A stretch of 64,000 bases of DNA from Planctomycetota bacterium (lineage in GTDB: Bacteria; Planctomycetota; GCA-2746535): NCBI GenBank assembly GCA_002746535.1, contig NVWA01000008.1, positions 67,098 through 131,097 of the forward strand, given 5' to 3'. Each line of letters starts with the position of its first letter. The first letter of the stretch is position 1. The notes beneath the pieces were generated by a model. It was not told where the DNA came from and did no database searches. It saw only the letters and a list, made by a program, of their open reading frames with translations. The translations under genes and the position numbers were made by a program. Below, piece by piece: positions 1-9,535 of this stretch.

Positions 1-2
1 AC

Positions 3-436
3 TCAACAATACGTCATAAAGATAAATTGGATGAGATTTTACCAAAGGTTCTAAATCATATTGAATCTAAGATGAAGCCCAAGCCAGGTATAAAAGGAAA
101 AGGATCTTTATCGGCGAGTACGGCTATCCCATTCTGAACGTGGTGAAGAATCCGAAAGAACAAGATTACTACGCCAAGAACCTATGCCGTGTTGCATTGA
201 AATGGGGCTGTCCCTATGTTCTGTATTGGCAAATGCACTCTAATGAAATCAACAAGGATGGTAAGCATCGTGGTTTCTGGTTGATTGACAACAAAAACAA
301 GAAACAGCCCTTCTATTTCACTCTTAAAAAATATTATGCTGGGATGAAAAAATATGTGGTTAATTTTAAAGAGAAACATGGAAGAGTACCGAATAATAAA
401 GAATTCAAAAAGAGAGCCGTTGAATTAATGAAGTAG
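3..436 (+). pseudogene. 3' part of a frameshifted glycoside-hydrolase-like (clan GH-A style) gene, truncated by the window start
   Basis: Frame 3 is open from 3 (STIRHKDKLDEILPKVLNHIESKMKPKPGIKGK); frame 2 continues from 101 as RIFIGEYGYPILNVVKNP...WGCPYVLYWQ to the stop at 436. One extra A in GGAAAAGG (96-103) would join them. IGEYG resembles a GH-A nucleophile strand. Confidence 0.6.
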
Positions 437-454
437 ATCAATGATGATAAAGGT

Positions 455-665
455 ATTGCTGTATTAGATTCCGCCGGGAATTTAACTTGTCGCGCGTGTA
501 GAAATTGGATTATTTCTTAGTGCTTACTTATCAATACTAACTGATAAAAAACTTTTTATTGCTGACCAGGGAAATAGTCGGATAGTTAGTGTAAAATTAA
601 ATTATCATATGAATAAAAGAATGTCTGTACCAAATAAAAGTATGACAAAATCTGGTGAAAAATAA
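455..665 (+). pseudogene. Remnant of the C-terminus of an NHL/beta-propeller-type protein
   Basis: IAVLDSAGNLTCR (from 455) and, in another frame from 501, EIGLFLSAYLSILTDKKLFIADQGNSRIVSVKLNYH...* (stop 663-665); LFIADxGNxRI is an NHL-repeat signature; no upstream body of the gene. Confidence 0.55.
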
Positions 666-844
666 TCCCTACTAATGTAAATACCTTTATTTACATGATC
701 TTTATCGAATACTTCTCTTGCTACAGAGAAATATTTTTCCCTCTACGTCTAGAAATTGATACTGCTGTGTTTGTTATCTAAATATAGTAGATGTTCTATT
801 ATTTATTAGAATGGGAGCTTATATTTTAATGCTTGGAGAAATAT

Positions 845-1684
845 ATGAATCCCGAAGAAAAAAGTATTGCCGTTAAAAAATTCATGGATTTGCATGAATG
901 TAACATTGAAGATCATGTTTATGGAAAAGTTGGTGGTATTGAATTAGTTGCAACCATTTATACGCCGAAAATAAAACCGAGTGAACTTACTAAAGCAATT
1001 GTATATGTTCATGGTGGAGGTTGGGTTGGTGGAGGGCGAGATCACTTTAACAGTCATGGAGCCTACTTTGCAAGTAAAGGTATAGTTGGTGTCTGTATTA
1101 CTTATCGACTGGTACCTGATCATAAATTCCCTGCTCAAATTCAAGATGCCAATTGTGCAATTCGTTGGACCAGGAAAAATACTCAAGAATTAAATATAGA
1201 TCCCAATGAAATTTATGTGTGTGGTTCATCCGCGGGTGGGCATATTGCAGGTATAGTTGCCTATGCAGGAGCTGTAAATGCTTTTGATGCTGCTGGTGGA
1301 AATGAAGGCGTTTCTAGTGACGTTAAAGGGGCGATATTATTTTGTGGCTACTATGAATCAAGAGAAGATATTTTGGAACCTAGAGCTCCCAAACCAAATA
1401 AAGTTTCTTATTTTGGTGGCACTTATGATGAAATTCCGGAAGTATATCAACAAGCCTCTTGCGTATCTTATGTAAATAAACATTCACCCCGCACATTATT
1501 ATTTCATGGTGATGCTGATGGAACAGTATCCTTTGAACATAGTAAAAAGCTTAAAGACGCATTGGACTTAAATAATGTTGAGAATCAGTTAATTGTTGAA
1601 AATGGTGGATCTCATACTGATTATAGCTTTGAGAAGGCAGCTTTTATGACGACGCTAAAAGAGATGGAGAAATTCATCTTATAA
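845..1684 (+). CDS. Alpha/beta hydrolase (HSL-like esterase, BD-FAE type)
   Basis: HGGGW oxyanion motif, GSSAGG nucleophile, HGDAD Asp, late His; ATG 845 has TTGGAG upstream (ORF track starts at 833). Confidence 0.9.
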   Translation: MNPEEKSIAVKKFMDLHECNIEDHVYGKVGGIELVATIYTPKIKPSELTKAIVYVHGGGWVGGGRDHFNSHGAYFASKGIVGVCITYRLVPDHKFPAQIQDANCAIRWTRKNTQELNIDPNEIYVCGSSAGGHIAGIVAYAGAVNAFDAAGGNEGVSSDVKGAILFCGYYESREDILEPRAPKPNKVSYFGGTYDEIPEVYQQASCVSYVNKHSPRTLLFHGDADGTVSFEHSKKLKDALDLNNVENQLIVENGGSHTDYSFEKAAFMTTLKEMEKFIL

Positions 1685-1713
1685 ATGTTTTAGATTTAAT
1701 GAGGAAATAATGA

Positions 1714-3297
1714 ATGACGAATAAACCAAATGTAATATTAATTCTTAATGATGACATGGGGTATTCTGATCTCGGTTGTTATGGAGGCGAGATTGAAACG
1801 CCAAATCTTGATTGGTTGGCCAAGCGAGGATTAAGATATACTCAATTTTATAATACGGCCCGTTGTTGCCCCTCGAGAGCATCACTTTTAACAGGGATGT
1901 ATCCTCAGCAAGCAGACGTTGGTCACATGATAGGGGATGATGGAATAGATGGTTACTTAGGAAACTTAAGTAATAAATGTGTTACTATTGCCGAAGCTTT
2001 AAAGTTGGGTGGGTATTCGACCTACATGTCCGGCAAGTGGCATGTTACTAAAGATATTGATGATAAAAAAGATAATTGGCCAAATCAAAGAGGGTTTGAA
2101 GACTTCTATGGCATTCTTGGTGGGGCGGCTAGTTACTATGAACCTCGTTCATTAAATAGAAATAACGAACGTATTGATCCGCCGAGTGGTGAATATTATC
2201 TTACGGATGCTATTTCTGATGAAGCTATTCGACAAATTAAAGGGCACAATGAAAACAAAAAGGATCAACCTTTTTTTCAATATGTTGCTTATACAGCGCC
2301 ACATTGGCCCTTGCATGCTTATGAAGAAGATATTAAAAAATATAAAGGTAGGTTTGATGCAGGATGGGATGATTTGAGAAAAGAACGTCTTGAGCGCATG
2401 GTTGCTATGGGAATAATAAATGAAAGCTGGCGTTTGACCGAGAGAGATTCGCGAGTCGAAGAATGGGAAAACGCTAAAGATAAAAGTTGGCAAGCAAGGC
2501 GTATGGAAGTTTATGCGGCTCAAATAGATCGTATGGATCAGGGGATCGGTAGAATAGTCGATAGCTTGAAAGAGACTAATTCATTAGAGAATACACTAAT
2601 AATATTTTTGGCAGATAATGGAGGGTGCGCAGAAGAAATTAGTGAAGAGTGGGGCCATAGGATCGCTGAGGGAGGCGTAGGTGGTTCTTTTAACACGCGG
2701 GATGGAAGGGAAGTAAGGTATGGAAATACTTCTGATATAAGTCCAGGTGGAGAAGATACCTACGCTAGTTATGGAATTCCATGGGCGAATGTTTCTAATA
2801 CACCCTTTCGACTATATAAACATTGGGTTCATGAAGGGGGCATTTCTACTCCATTTATAGCACATTGGCCTTCTGGTATTAAAGCGCAAGGTGAGTTGAG
2901 GCAACAGCCGGCTCAACTACCTGATGTTATGGCAACGATCTTAGACATTGCTGGTATAGAATATCCAAAGGTTTGTAATGAAAATTCTATCAAACCTTTG
3001 GAGGGTGTTAGTATGGTTCCAACTTTTACTAATCAAATTCATGAAAGAGAAGTTTTGTATTGGGAGCACGAAGGTAATAAAGCTATTCGTAAAGGAAAGT
3101 GGAAGCTTGTATTGAGGCATCCTAACGAATGGGAGCTTTATGATATAGAAGAAGAAAGAACAGAGTTGAATAATGTGTCTAAGGATTTCCCCGACGTGGT
3201 TAATGAGTTGACCGCTCTCTATGAAAAGTGGGCTGAAAAATGTGAAGTAAAACCATGGGAAGAATTATTAGAACTTAGAAGAAATAAAGAGGCTTAA
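1714..3297 (+). CDS. Arylsulfatase (formylglycine-dependent, AtsA-like)
   Basis: DDMGYSD, CCPSRASLLTG (CxPxR), GKWH, YTAPHWPLHA, ADNG; no signal peptide. Confidence 0.95.
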   Translation: MTNKPNVILILNDDMGYSDLGCYGGEIETPNLDWLAKRGLRYTQFYNTARCCPSRASLLTGMYPQQADVGHMIGDDGIDGYLGNLSNKCVTIAEALKLGGYSTYMSGKWHVTKDIDDKKDNWPNQRGFEDFYGILGGAASYYEPRSLNRNNERIDPPSGEYYLTDAISDEAIRQIKGHNENKKDQPFFQYVAYTAPHWPLHAYEEDIKKYKGRFDAGWDDLRKERLERMVAMGIINESWRLTERDSRVEEWENAKDKSWQARRMEVYAAQIDRMDQGIGRIVDSLKETNSLENTLIIFLADNGGCAEEISEEWGHRIAEGGVGGSFNTRDGREVRYGNTSDISPGGEDTYASYGIPWANVSNTPFRLYKHWVHEGGISTPFIAHWPSGIKAQGELRQQPAQLPDVMATILDIAGIEYPKVCNENSIKPLEGVSMVPTFTNQIHEREVLYWEHEGNKAIRKGKWKLVLRHPNEWELYDIEEERTELNNVSKDFPDVVNELTALYEKWAEKCEVKPWEELLELRRNKEA

Positions 3298-3301
3298 TTT
3301 T

Positions 3302-3940
3302 TTACATTTTATTTTTGATACTATTTTTCCAAGCAGGTGCTAATTCTGGATGGTCAAAGGCAATTTGAAGAATATCTTTATTTTTTTCATTTTTTGGTCC
3401 AAAAGTCGCCTGAAATAAATCGAAAACGGAAAGTTTTAGTTTGGCATAGGGTTGTATCGTTATTTTGGAATCAACATTTACTTGACCTTCTTTGAGGACT
3501 TTGAAATAGATCCCTGTTTTACCATATTGAATAAATAATTTTGGATCAATTTTATTATTGCTGGCAATATTTAACTTATAGCATGGTGACCTTGGTTGTG
3601 AGATAGATAATATAGCCTCGCCAATGTGGAGTTGATCTCCTATGTGTAAATCTTCTTCAATTAGATTGTCAAAAGTTAAGTTTTCACCAAAATAACCGAA
3701 TTGAATGTCATCCTGATTTATTAATTTCTTCCAATAAGCATAATGATGAAAAGAATATCCGTACACGGCTTTATATTCTCCACCGTGATTTTTTAGGTCA
3801 GCTTGTTGATCACCTTCAACATGATCACTAAAAATATGAACAGAATGGTTTATAGATTCTTTTAATATGCCCGTTTTTACCATTTTATCATTGTACATTT
3901 TTTCTTTTACTAGAGATATGTTGATTGATTGTAATTCCAT
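3302..3940 (-). CDS. MOSC domain protein (YiiM-like)
   Basis: GDQQAD..HGG..KAVY, FGENLT, SQPRSPCYKL, TGIYFKVL.EG; starts 1 nt after the upstream activator stop. Confidence 0.9.
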   Translation of the reverse strand: MELQSINISLVKEKMYNDKMVKTGILKESINHSVHIFSDHVEGDQQADLKNHGGEYKAVYGYSFHHYAYWKKLINQDDIQFGYFGENLTFDNLIEEDLHIGDQLHIGEAILSISQPRSPCYKLNIASNNKIDPKLFIQYGKTGIYFKVLKEGQVNVDSKITIQPYAKLKLSVFDLFQATFGPKNEKNKDILQIAFDHPELAPAWKNSIKNKM

Positions 3941-3941
3941 T

Positions 3942-6245
3942 TTATTCTTTCAATTGAAAATAGTGGGTTCTAGTTGATGCTGAAGGTGTTACTCTGTTGA
4001 TATAACCTTCTTCGACTAATAATTTCAAATCGGTTGTGATTGTACCCGGTGCAACATTTAATACTTTAATTATTTCTCCTCTAGTTAATGTTTTTACTTC
4101 TTTAAACATAGCTCTTATTTTTTCTAATCGTCTTAGAGGAGTTTTTTCATTTGTGATTATATTTTCAATCAATGACTTGAATGAATCATTTGATGGTTTT
4201 GATTGAATTGTACTATTTAATTGGGTCGTATTTTGGGTATTTTCTGAAATGACATGTTTAGCTTTTTGATCAATTGGTTTTTTAATTTCTTTTTTCTTGT
4301 TCAATTGTAGATCAATTGTATCGTAAAAAAGTTTTTCTGAGTGGTATAGTCTCAATTTATCCATTTCATTTTTTAATTGTCTGACATTGCCAGGCCATGA
4401 ATAACCCATCATTTCTTTTTGTAATTCTTTTGATAATTTCGGTTGTTCTTTATCAGTTCTTTCTCGTTTTAAGAATAATTCTGCTAAAAGAATAATATCT
4501 TTGTTTCGTTCTTTAAGTGTAGGAATTTGAATTTCTAATCGATTTAATCGATAATATAAATCTTCTCTAAATTTATTTTGATTAACAAGTTCTTTTAAAT
4601 TTTTATTGGTTGCTGTAATGATTCTGCATTTAATCTTCTTTGGTTTGGTACTGCCGATAGGTTTTACTTCATTGGATTCCAATATTCTTAATAAAGAAAC
4701 TTGGACGTGTTCTGAAATATCTCCGATTTCATCTAAAAACACAGTTCCGTTTTTAGCCGCTTCAAAAATGCCTTTATGATCTTGTGTTGCACCTGTGTAT
4801 GAGCCTTTTAAATGGCCAAATAATTCTGAGTGCAATAATGATTCTGCTATTGCGGCACAATTGATGACTAGAAAAGGATGATCAGATCGATCAGAGATAT
4901 TATGCAATCTATGCGCAACTTCTTCTTTACCTACACCAGTTTCGCCATAAATCAAAATTGATGTGTCCGCATTGGCGTATTTATTAATGATATTTTTTAA
5001 TTGAATCATGGGTTTTGATTGTCCAATGATATTTGTAGGCAATTCCGTCTTGTGGTTTTTTAAAATCTGAGGAAATTCAAATGGTTTTGGTTTGCTTTTA
5101 ATATTTTGTTTAAGTAATTGAATGATTGTTCTCTTTGGTAGTTCACTTGAAAGATCAAGTTCAAAGTATAATCTATTTAAAGCATTGTAATAAAGGCAAT
5201 ATTCATAACATTTTTTAAAAAGTTTTTCGGCTTTAGTTTTGTTGCCTTTTAGTAATTCAAATCTAGCATCAAAAAAAACATTTAAGTAATGAATATAACC
5301 AGAATTTTTTATTTCATTTAATAATTTAGAGGCAGCGCTGATGTTTTTGTTTGATAATTCTGCCCTAATTAATGTGTAGAAAATAGTATTGTTTACTTTA
5401 AGTATGGCTTTATGTTCAGTTGCAAATTTCTTGGCCCATGCTAATCCGTTAACGGGATCCTTCTCTTTTAAATAACAATTTATTATATACCATCTAGTGG
5501 AAGCATCTATATTTTTAGAATTGATATTGTAATCTTGATGATCAATATCCATAGAAAAAGTTACAATTTTATAGTCTCTTATCAGGTTTTTATAATCCAA
5601 TATTTTTTTAATACTCTCATCTTCAAAATCAAGAGATTTGAACAACACTGAATGATTTTTAAATTGACATGTTTGTATATAATTGCGGAATATAATTTCT
5701 GTCGTTAAAAGTTTTGACCTTTTATTTTTAAATTTGAAATTAAACTTTTCAAAGTCTTTGAGGCGACCTTCATCACTTAAATAGGTCATGTACACTAATA
5801 AGGTTAACTCATAATGAGCTGAAGTTTTCGGTATTTTCTCTATGGCTTCAAGTAAATATTTTTCTTTTTGTTTTTCATCACCTTTTACACTTTCAAGGAT
5901 ACTTAAAAGGTTAATCAGTTTTACCTGCAATTCGGGTATCTTTATTTTGTATTCCTTAATTCTATTGGTCAGCATATTTGCTTCGTGATAGTTTCCGCTA
6001 CGAATGGCAGCTCCACTCCAAATTAGTAGAAACAATATGAATAGATCTTTGTCATATTTCTGATTATTATTTAATATTGATTGGGCTAGTTCTCTTTCTT
6101 TAGACTCATTATAATTTGACCCGCTATAAGTAGACAACCCGATCATAGCTTTTGAAATTGGCCATTCTGCTTCCTTAGAATTTAGAACTATACTTGAAAA
6201 CCTCCCATCAGAGGTAAGCCATTTTTTTACTAAAGTTATTGTCAT
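3942..6245 (-). CDS. Sigma54-dependent enhancer-binding protein (copy 2): long helical N-terminus, AAA+ domain, C-terminal winged HTH
   Basis: GETGVGKE Walker A, SELFGH.KGSYTGA (GAFTGA variant), VFLDEI, FREDLYYRL, WPGNVRQL; C-terminal LTRGEIIKVLNVAPGTITTDLKLLVEEGYI. Confidence 0.92.
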   Translation of the reverse strand: MTITLVKKWLTSDGRFSSIVLNSKEAEWPISKAMIGLSTYSGSNYNESKERELAQSILNNNQKYDKDLFILFLLIWSGAAIRSGNYHEANMLTNRIKEYKIKIPELQVKLINLLSILESVKGDEKQKEKYLLEAIEKIPKTSAHYELTLLVYMTYLSDEGRLKDFEKFNFKFKNKRSKLLTTEIIFRNYIQTCQFKNHSVLFKSLDFEDESIKKILDYKNLIRDYKIVTFSMDIDHQDYNINSKNIDASTRWYIINCYLKEKDPVNGLAWAKKFATEHKAILKVNNTIFYTLIRAELSNKNISAASKLLNEIKNSGYIHYLNVFFDARFELLKGNKTKAEKLFKKCYEYCLYYNALNRLYFELDLSSELPKRTIIQLLKQNIKSKPKPFEFPQILKNHKTELPTNIIGQSKPMIQLKNIINKYANADTSILIYGETGVGKEEVAHRLHNISDRSDHPFLVINCAAIAESLLHSELFGHLKGSYTGATQDHKGIFEAAKNGTVFLDEIGDISEHVQVSLLRILESNEVKPIGSTKPKKIKCRIITATNKNLKELVNQNKFREDLYYRLNRLEIQIPTLKERNKDIILLAELFLKRERTDKEQPKLSKELQKEMMGYSWPGNVRQLKNEMDKLRLYHSEKLFYDTIDLQLNKKKEIKKPIDQKAKHVISENTQNTTQLNSTIQSKPSNDSFKSLIENIITNEKTPLRRLEKIRAMFKEVKTLTRGEIIKVLNVAPGTITTDLKLLVEEGYINRVTPSASTRTHYFQLKE

Positions 6246-6267
6246 TTTTTGTTAACTACAATTCTGT

Positions 6268-8556
6268 TTATTTGCAAAATTCAAAATAATGGGTTCTTGT
6301 TGATGCGCTTGGTTTAATTTTTTTAATGTAACCTTCTTTCTCTAATGATTTAAGATAGGATGTTGCGGTTCCAGGTGCTATTTGAAGTGCTTTAATGATT
6401 TCACCTCTCGTTAAAGTTCCTGCTGTTTTAAATAAATCTAATATTTTTTCTTTTCTTCTTAAGGCTGTTTTCCCGTTTTGAATTAATTCATTTATCTGTG
6501 AATTGGGAGGCGCTATATTAGTATGTTTGAATTGTGGATTCAAATTTTGTGTTATTTCTTTAATGGTAAAATCTTCAGCCTCGTAATGCATTTTTTCAGA
6601 ATTTAACAATCTCATTTTCTCCATTTCATTTTTTAGTTGTCTAACGTTTCCTGGCCATTCATATTTTTTTATTAAATCTTGTAATTCATTACTCATTGAT
6701 GGTGATTGACCGTCAGTTCTGTTTTGACTTAAAAAATAATTAGACAAAGGGATGATATCGTCCACTCTTTCTCTTAAAGGTGGAATATGAATATTTAATT
6801 GATTCAAACGGTAATATAAATCTTCTCTAAATTGACCATTAGAAGTTAAACTTTCTAAATCTTTATTGGTTGCAGCTAATATTTTGCAGTTAATTTTTTT
6901 TGTTTCTGTACTTCCAATTGGTCTGATACATTTATTTTCTAAAACTCTTAATAGAGCAATTTGAACTTGAGGTGTAATTTCTCCAATTTCATCTAAAAAA
7001 ACAGTTCCATCTTTAGCAGCTTCAAAGACTCCTGGCTGATATTTATGTGCTCCTGTAAAAGCACCAGCAACATGTCCAAATAATTCTGATTGTAATAATG
7101 ATTCTGAAATTGATCCGCAATTAATGGGTATGTAAGGCTTAGTTTTTCTAGGAGAATTTTCATGAATCGATCTAGCAATTACCTCTTTACCTACTCCTGT
7201 TTCACCATTTAATAAAATAATACCTTTGTCTTTTGAAAACTTTGAAATCTTTGTTTTGATTAATTGAATAGCATTTGATATTCCAATGATCACTCCCTTT
7301 TCAGTGTTGGAGTCGTTATCATCGATGGTTTCTAAAGTGTTTGATTTTTTTTTTGATTTTTTTTCTATTGGCGTTAGAAATAGGGTTGTGTCTTTTGTTG
7401 ATAACTCACAGGAAAGTTCTAGCTCAAAAGCTAAACGTTCAAATGCTTCATAATGAGTACATGAGTTTTGCAATTTCTTGATGAGATCTAATGCTAGAAT
7501 GTTTTTGTCTTCTAAAAGGGCTATTCTCGCATAAAAAAAAACATCCAGAAAATGAGGGTAACCTTTTTTTATTTTATTTAATAATAAACCCTTTGCTGCT
7601 TCACAGTTTTTATTTGAAATCTCTGCTCTAATAAGTGTGAATGATTGGAGATTTCTGTTGCCCATTCCGATAGGATGTTCTTGTGTATACCTTCTTGCCC
7701 ATTTTAGTCCTTCCTTTTGTTTCCCTAAATATAGATAGCCTGTTGTGGTCATCCATTTGTCATAGTATTCTAAAGATTGATCGTCAAGGGTATTTTGTAA
7801 AAAGTTATTTTTTGCTGGTTGATCCATAAAATTTAAATAGATTTCCTCAACGTCAAATTGATTATCAGGACTCTGTAATAATTTTAGTTTATTTGGATTT
7901 GATTTTATTTTTTCAAAGAGTTTTTTAGCATAAGAGATTTGACAAAGTTGTATGGCGTTGCTTAGGTTTGCAAAATCTTCCTCTGAGTTGATTTCTGAAT
8001 TTTCCTTTACCTTATTTTTTTTTGTTATTAATTTTTCTAGATCTTTCAATCTCCCTTGTGTTTGTAATGCACCTTTAGCACCTGTGATAAGTTTTATTTT
8101 GTGTGCTTCATTTACGTTTGATATTTTTAATGCATTTTGAAGATAAGTGATTCGTAAAGTTTTATTTCCTGATACCCCATAGTGATATCCTTTTGTCGCT
8201 AAAATGGTCGCAATGATTTCTGGTAATAACTCCTTTTCATTTATTTCGTCCAATTTATTTAGAATCATTTTTGATTCATCTAGATTTTGACCTTTTGCAG
8301 CCATGATTGACCATACAATTAAAAATAACGCATATAAATTAATTTCTATCCGTTCGTTTTTTTCAACGACTTGTTGTGCTAATTTTCTACCTTCGCTTTC
8401 ATTATAGTTTTCATTTTCGGCGTTTAGCATGCTTATGACTGATTGGCCGATTAGCGTATTTCTTTCCTTGGAATTGGTCATGATTTTTGACAGTCCAATA
8501 AAGGGGTCTTTTCTCCATTGCTCAACAGATTCAGGTAGAGTGGTGTTTTGTTTCAT
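6268..8556 (-). CDS. Sigma54-dependent enhancer-binding protein (copy 1), paralog of the downstream gene
   Basis: GETGVGKE, SELFGHVAGAFTGA (intact), VFLDEI, FREDLYYRL, WPGNVRQL; same C-terminal wHTH ending PSASTRTHYF. Confidence 0.92.
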   Translation of the reverse strand: MKQNTTLPESVEQWRKDPFIGLSKIMTNSKERNTLIGQSVISMLNAENENYNESEGRKLAQQVVEKNERIEINLYALFLIVWSIMAAKGQNLDESKMILNKLDEINEKELLPEIIATILATKGYHYGVSGNKTLRITYLQNALKISNVNEAHKIKLITGAKGALQTQGRLKDLEKLITKKNKVKENSEINSEEDFANLSNAIQLCQISYAKKLFEKIKSNPNKLKLLQSPDNQFDVEEIYLNFMDQPAKNNFLQNTLDDQSLEYYDKWMTTTGYLYLGKQKEGLKWARRYTQEHPIGMGNRNLQSFTLIRAEISNKNCEAAKGLLLNKIKKGYPHFLDVFFYARIALLEDKNILALDLIKKLQNSCTHYEAFERLAFELELSCELSTKDTTLFLTPIEKKSKKKSNTLETIDDNDSNTEKGVIIGISNAIQLIKTKISKFSKDKGIILLNGETGVGKEVIARSIHENSPRKTKPYIPINCGSISESLLQSELFGHVAGAFTGAHKYQPGVFEAAKDGTVFLDEIGEITPQVQIALLRVLENKCIRPIGSTETKKINCKILAATNKDLESLTSNGQFREDLYYRLNQLNIHIPPLRERVDDIIPLSNYFLSQNRTDGQSPSMSNELQDLIKKYEWPGNVRQLKNEMEKMRLLNSEKMHYEAEDFTIKEITQNLNPQFKHTNIAPPNSQINELIQNGKTALRRKEKILDLFKTAGTLTRGEIIKALQIAPGTATSYLKSLEKEGYIKKIKPSASTRTHYFEFCK

Positions 8557-8609
8557 AGTTTTTTGGTCAAATAAATAGCTTTTGGTATTATAGTCGTATT
8601 TATTATATA

Positions 8610-8653
8610 CTCAATATGAATTGAATATGAGTTCAAAATGAAATCAAATATTT
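8610..8653. promoter_or_regulatory. 11-bp-period direct repeat, candidate enhancer (UAS)
   Basis: CTCAATATGAA / TTGAATATGAG / TTCAAAATGAA / ATCAAATATTT in tandem, 75-120 bp upstream of the -24 element. Confidence 0.5.
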
Positions 8654-8727
8654 ATCTTTGTTAAGATTTTTTTGTATGACGATTTCTTAAGTCTTTGGAA
8701 TGAATGGGTTTAGCAAAATTCTCATGG

Positions 8728-8744
8728 TTGGCATAAAAGTTTCT
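8728..8744 (+). promoter_or_regulatory. Putative sigma54 (-24/-12) promoter for the methyltransferase-synthase pair
   Basis: TTGGCATAAAAGTTTCT versus consensus YTGGCACG-N4-TTGCW: correct GG-N10 spacing, TC in place of GC; adjacent to two sigma54 activators. Confidence 0.6.
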
Positions 8745-8783
8745 ATAGTAATCATATAAAATAACTTAATGAAAGGTAATCCA

Positions 8784-9521
8784 ATGCTTAAATCAATCTC
8801 TTTTCCAATGAAACAAAGATCAGCTTTATCACAAACAATTGCATCTTTATTTCGAGTATTGCCACGTAAATTAGAAAGTCACCCTGATCACGTGGGAGTT
8901 GAAGCAGAAGAATATAATCGAATGGTAAAAGTTCATTATTGGTTATTGAATAGACCATTTATTCAAATGGTTTCTAAATTAGAAATTTGCAATAAAAAAG
9001 TATTGGATATTGGTACTGGACCAGGTTGGAATTCTATTGGAATAGCAAAGAGACATCCTGATTATAAAATTACCGCGATTGATTTATCACCTGACATGAT
9101 AGCGATTGCAAAAAAGAATGCTGAAGATGAAGGAGTTGCTGATCAAATTAGTTTTATTGTAGGCGATGCTACGAAATTACCTTTTGAAGATAATGAATTT
9201 GGCTTGGTGATATCTCATTTTATGTTGCATCACATTGATCATCCTGAAGATATGTTGGTTGAGGCAAATCGTGTTAAACACCAAGAAGGCCAAGTATTCA
9301 TTAAAGATTTATTGAGACAGCCAAACTGGAAGAAAGGTTTTCTTCTTTGGTTCTCAAAATATTTTTTACGTTACAACGAAGAGCAATTGAGAGAGTATGA
9401 TGAGTCAATGGGTGCTGGCTTGGTGATGAATGAAGTTCCTGGAAAATTAAAAAAAGCAAATATCGAAGGTGGTCGAGTTAAAAACTTTCGTGGACTTGAC
9501 TTTATTTTACATTTAAAATAA
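8784..9521 (+). CDS. Class I SAM-dependent methyltransferase
   Basis: VLDIGTGPG, AIDLSPDM, GDATKLPF, LHH; ATG 8784 follows GAAAGGT (ORF track starts at 8769). Confidence 0.9.
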   Translation: MLKSISFPMKQRSALSQTIASLFRVLPRKLESHPDHVGVEAEEYNRMVKVHYWLLNRPFIQMVSKLEICNKKVLDIGTGPGWNSIGIAKRHPDYKITAIDLSPDMIAIAKKNAEDEGVADQISFIVGDATKLPFEDNEFGLVISHFMLHHIDHPEDMLVEANRVKHQEGQVFIKDLLRQPNWKKGFLLWFSKYFLRYNEEQLREYDESMGAGLVMNEVPGKLKKANIEGGRVKNFRGLDFILHLK

Positions 9522-9535
9522 TCGAGGTAGAGAAA

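Noticed and set aside
90-105. Programmed -1 frameshift signal
   Set aside because: No canonical X XXY YYZ heptamer or obvious stimulator; error or decay is simpler.
3942-8556. Tandem activators as an assembly duplication
   Set aside because: The copies differ extensively in nucleotide and protein sequence.
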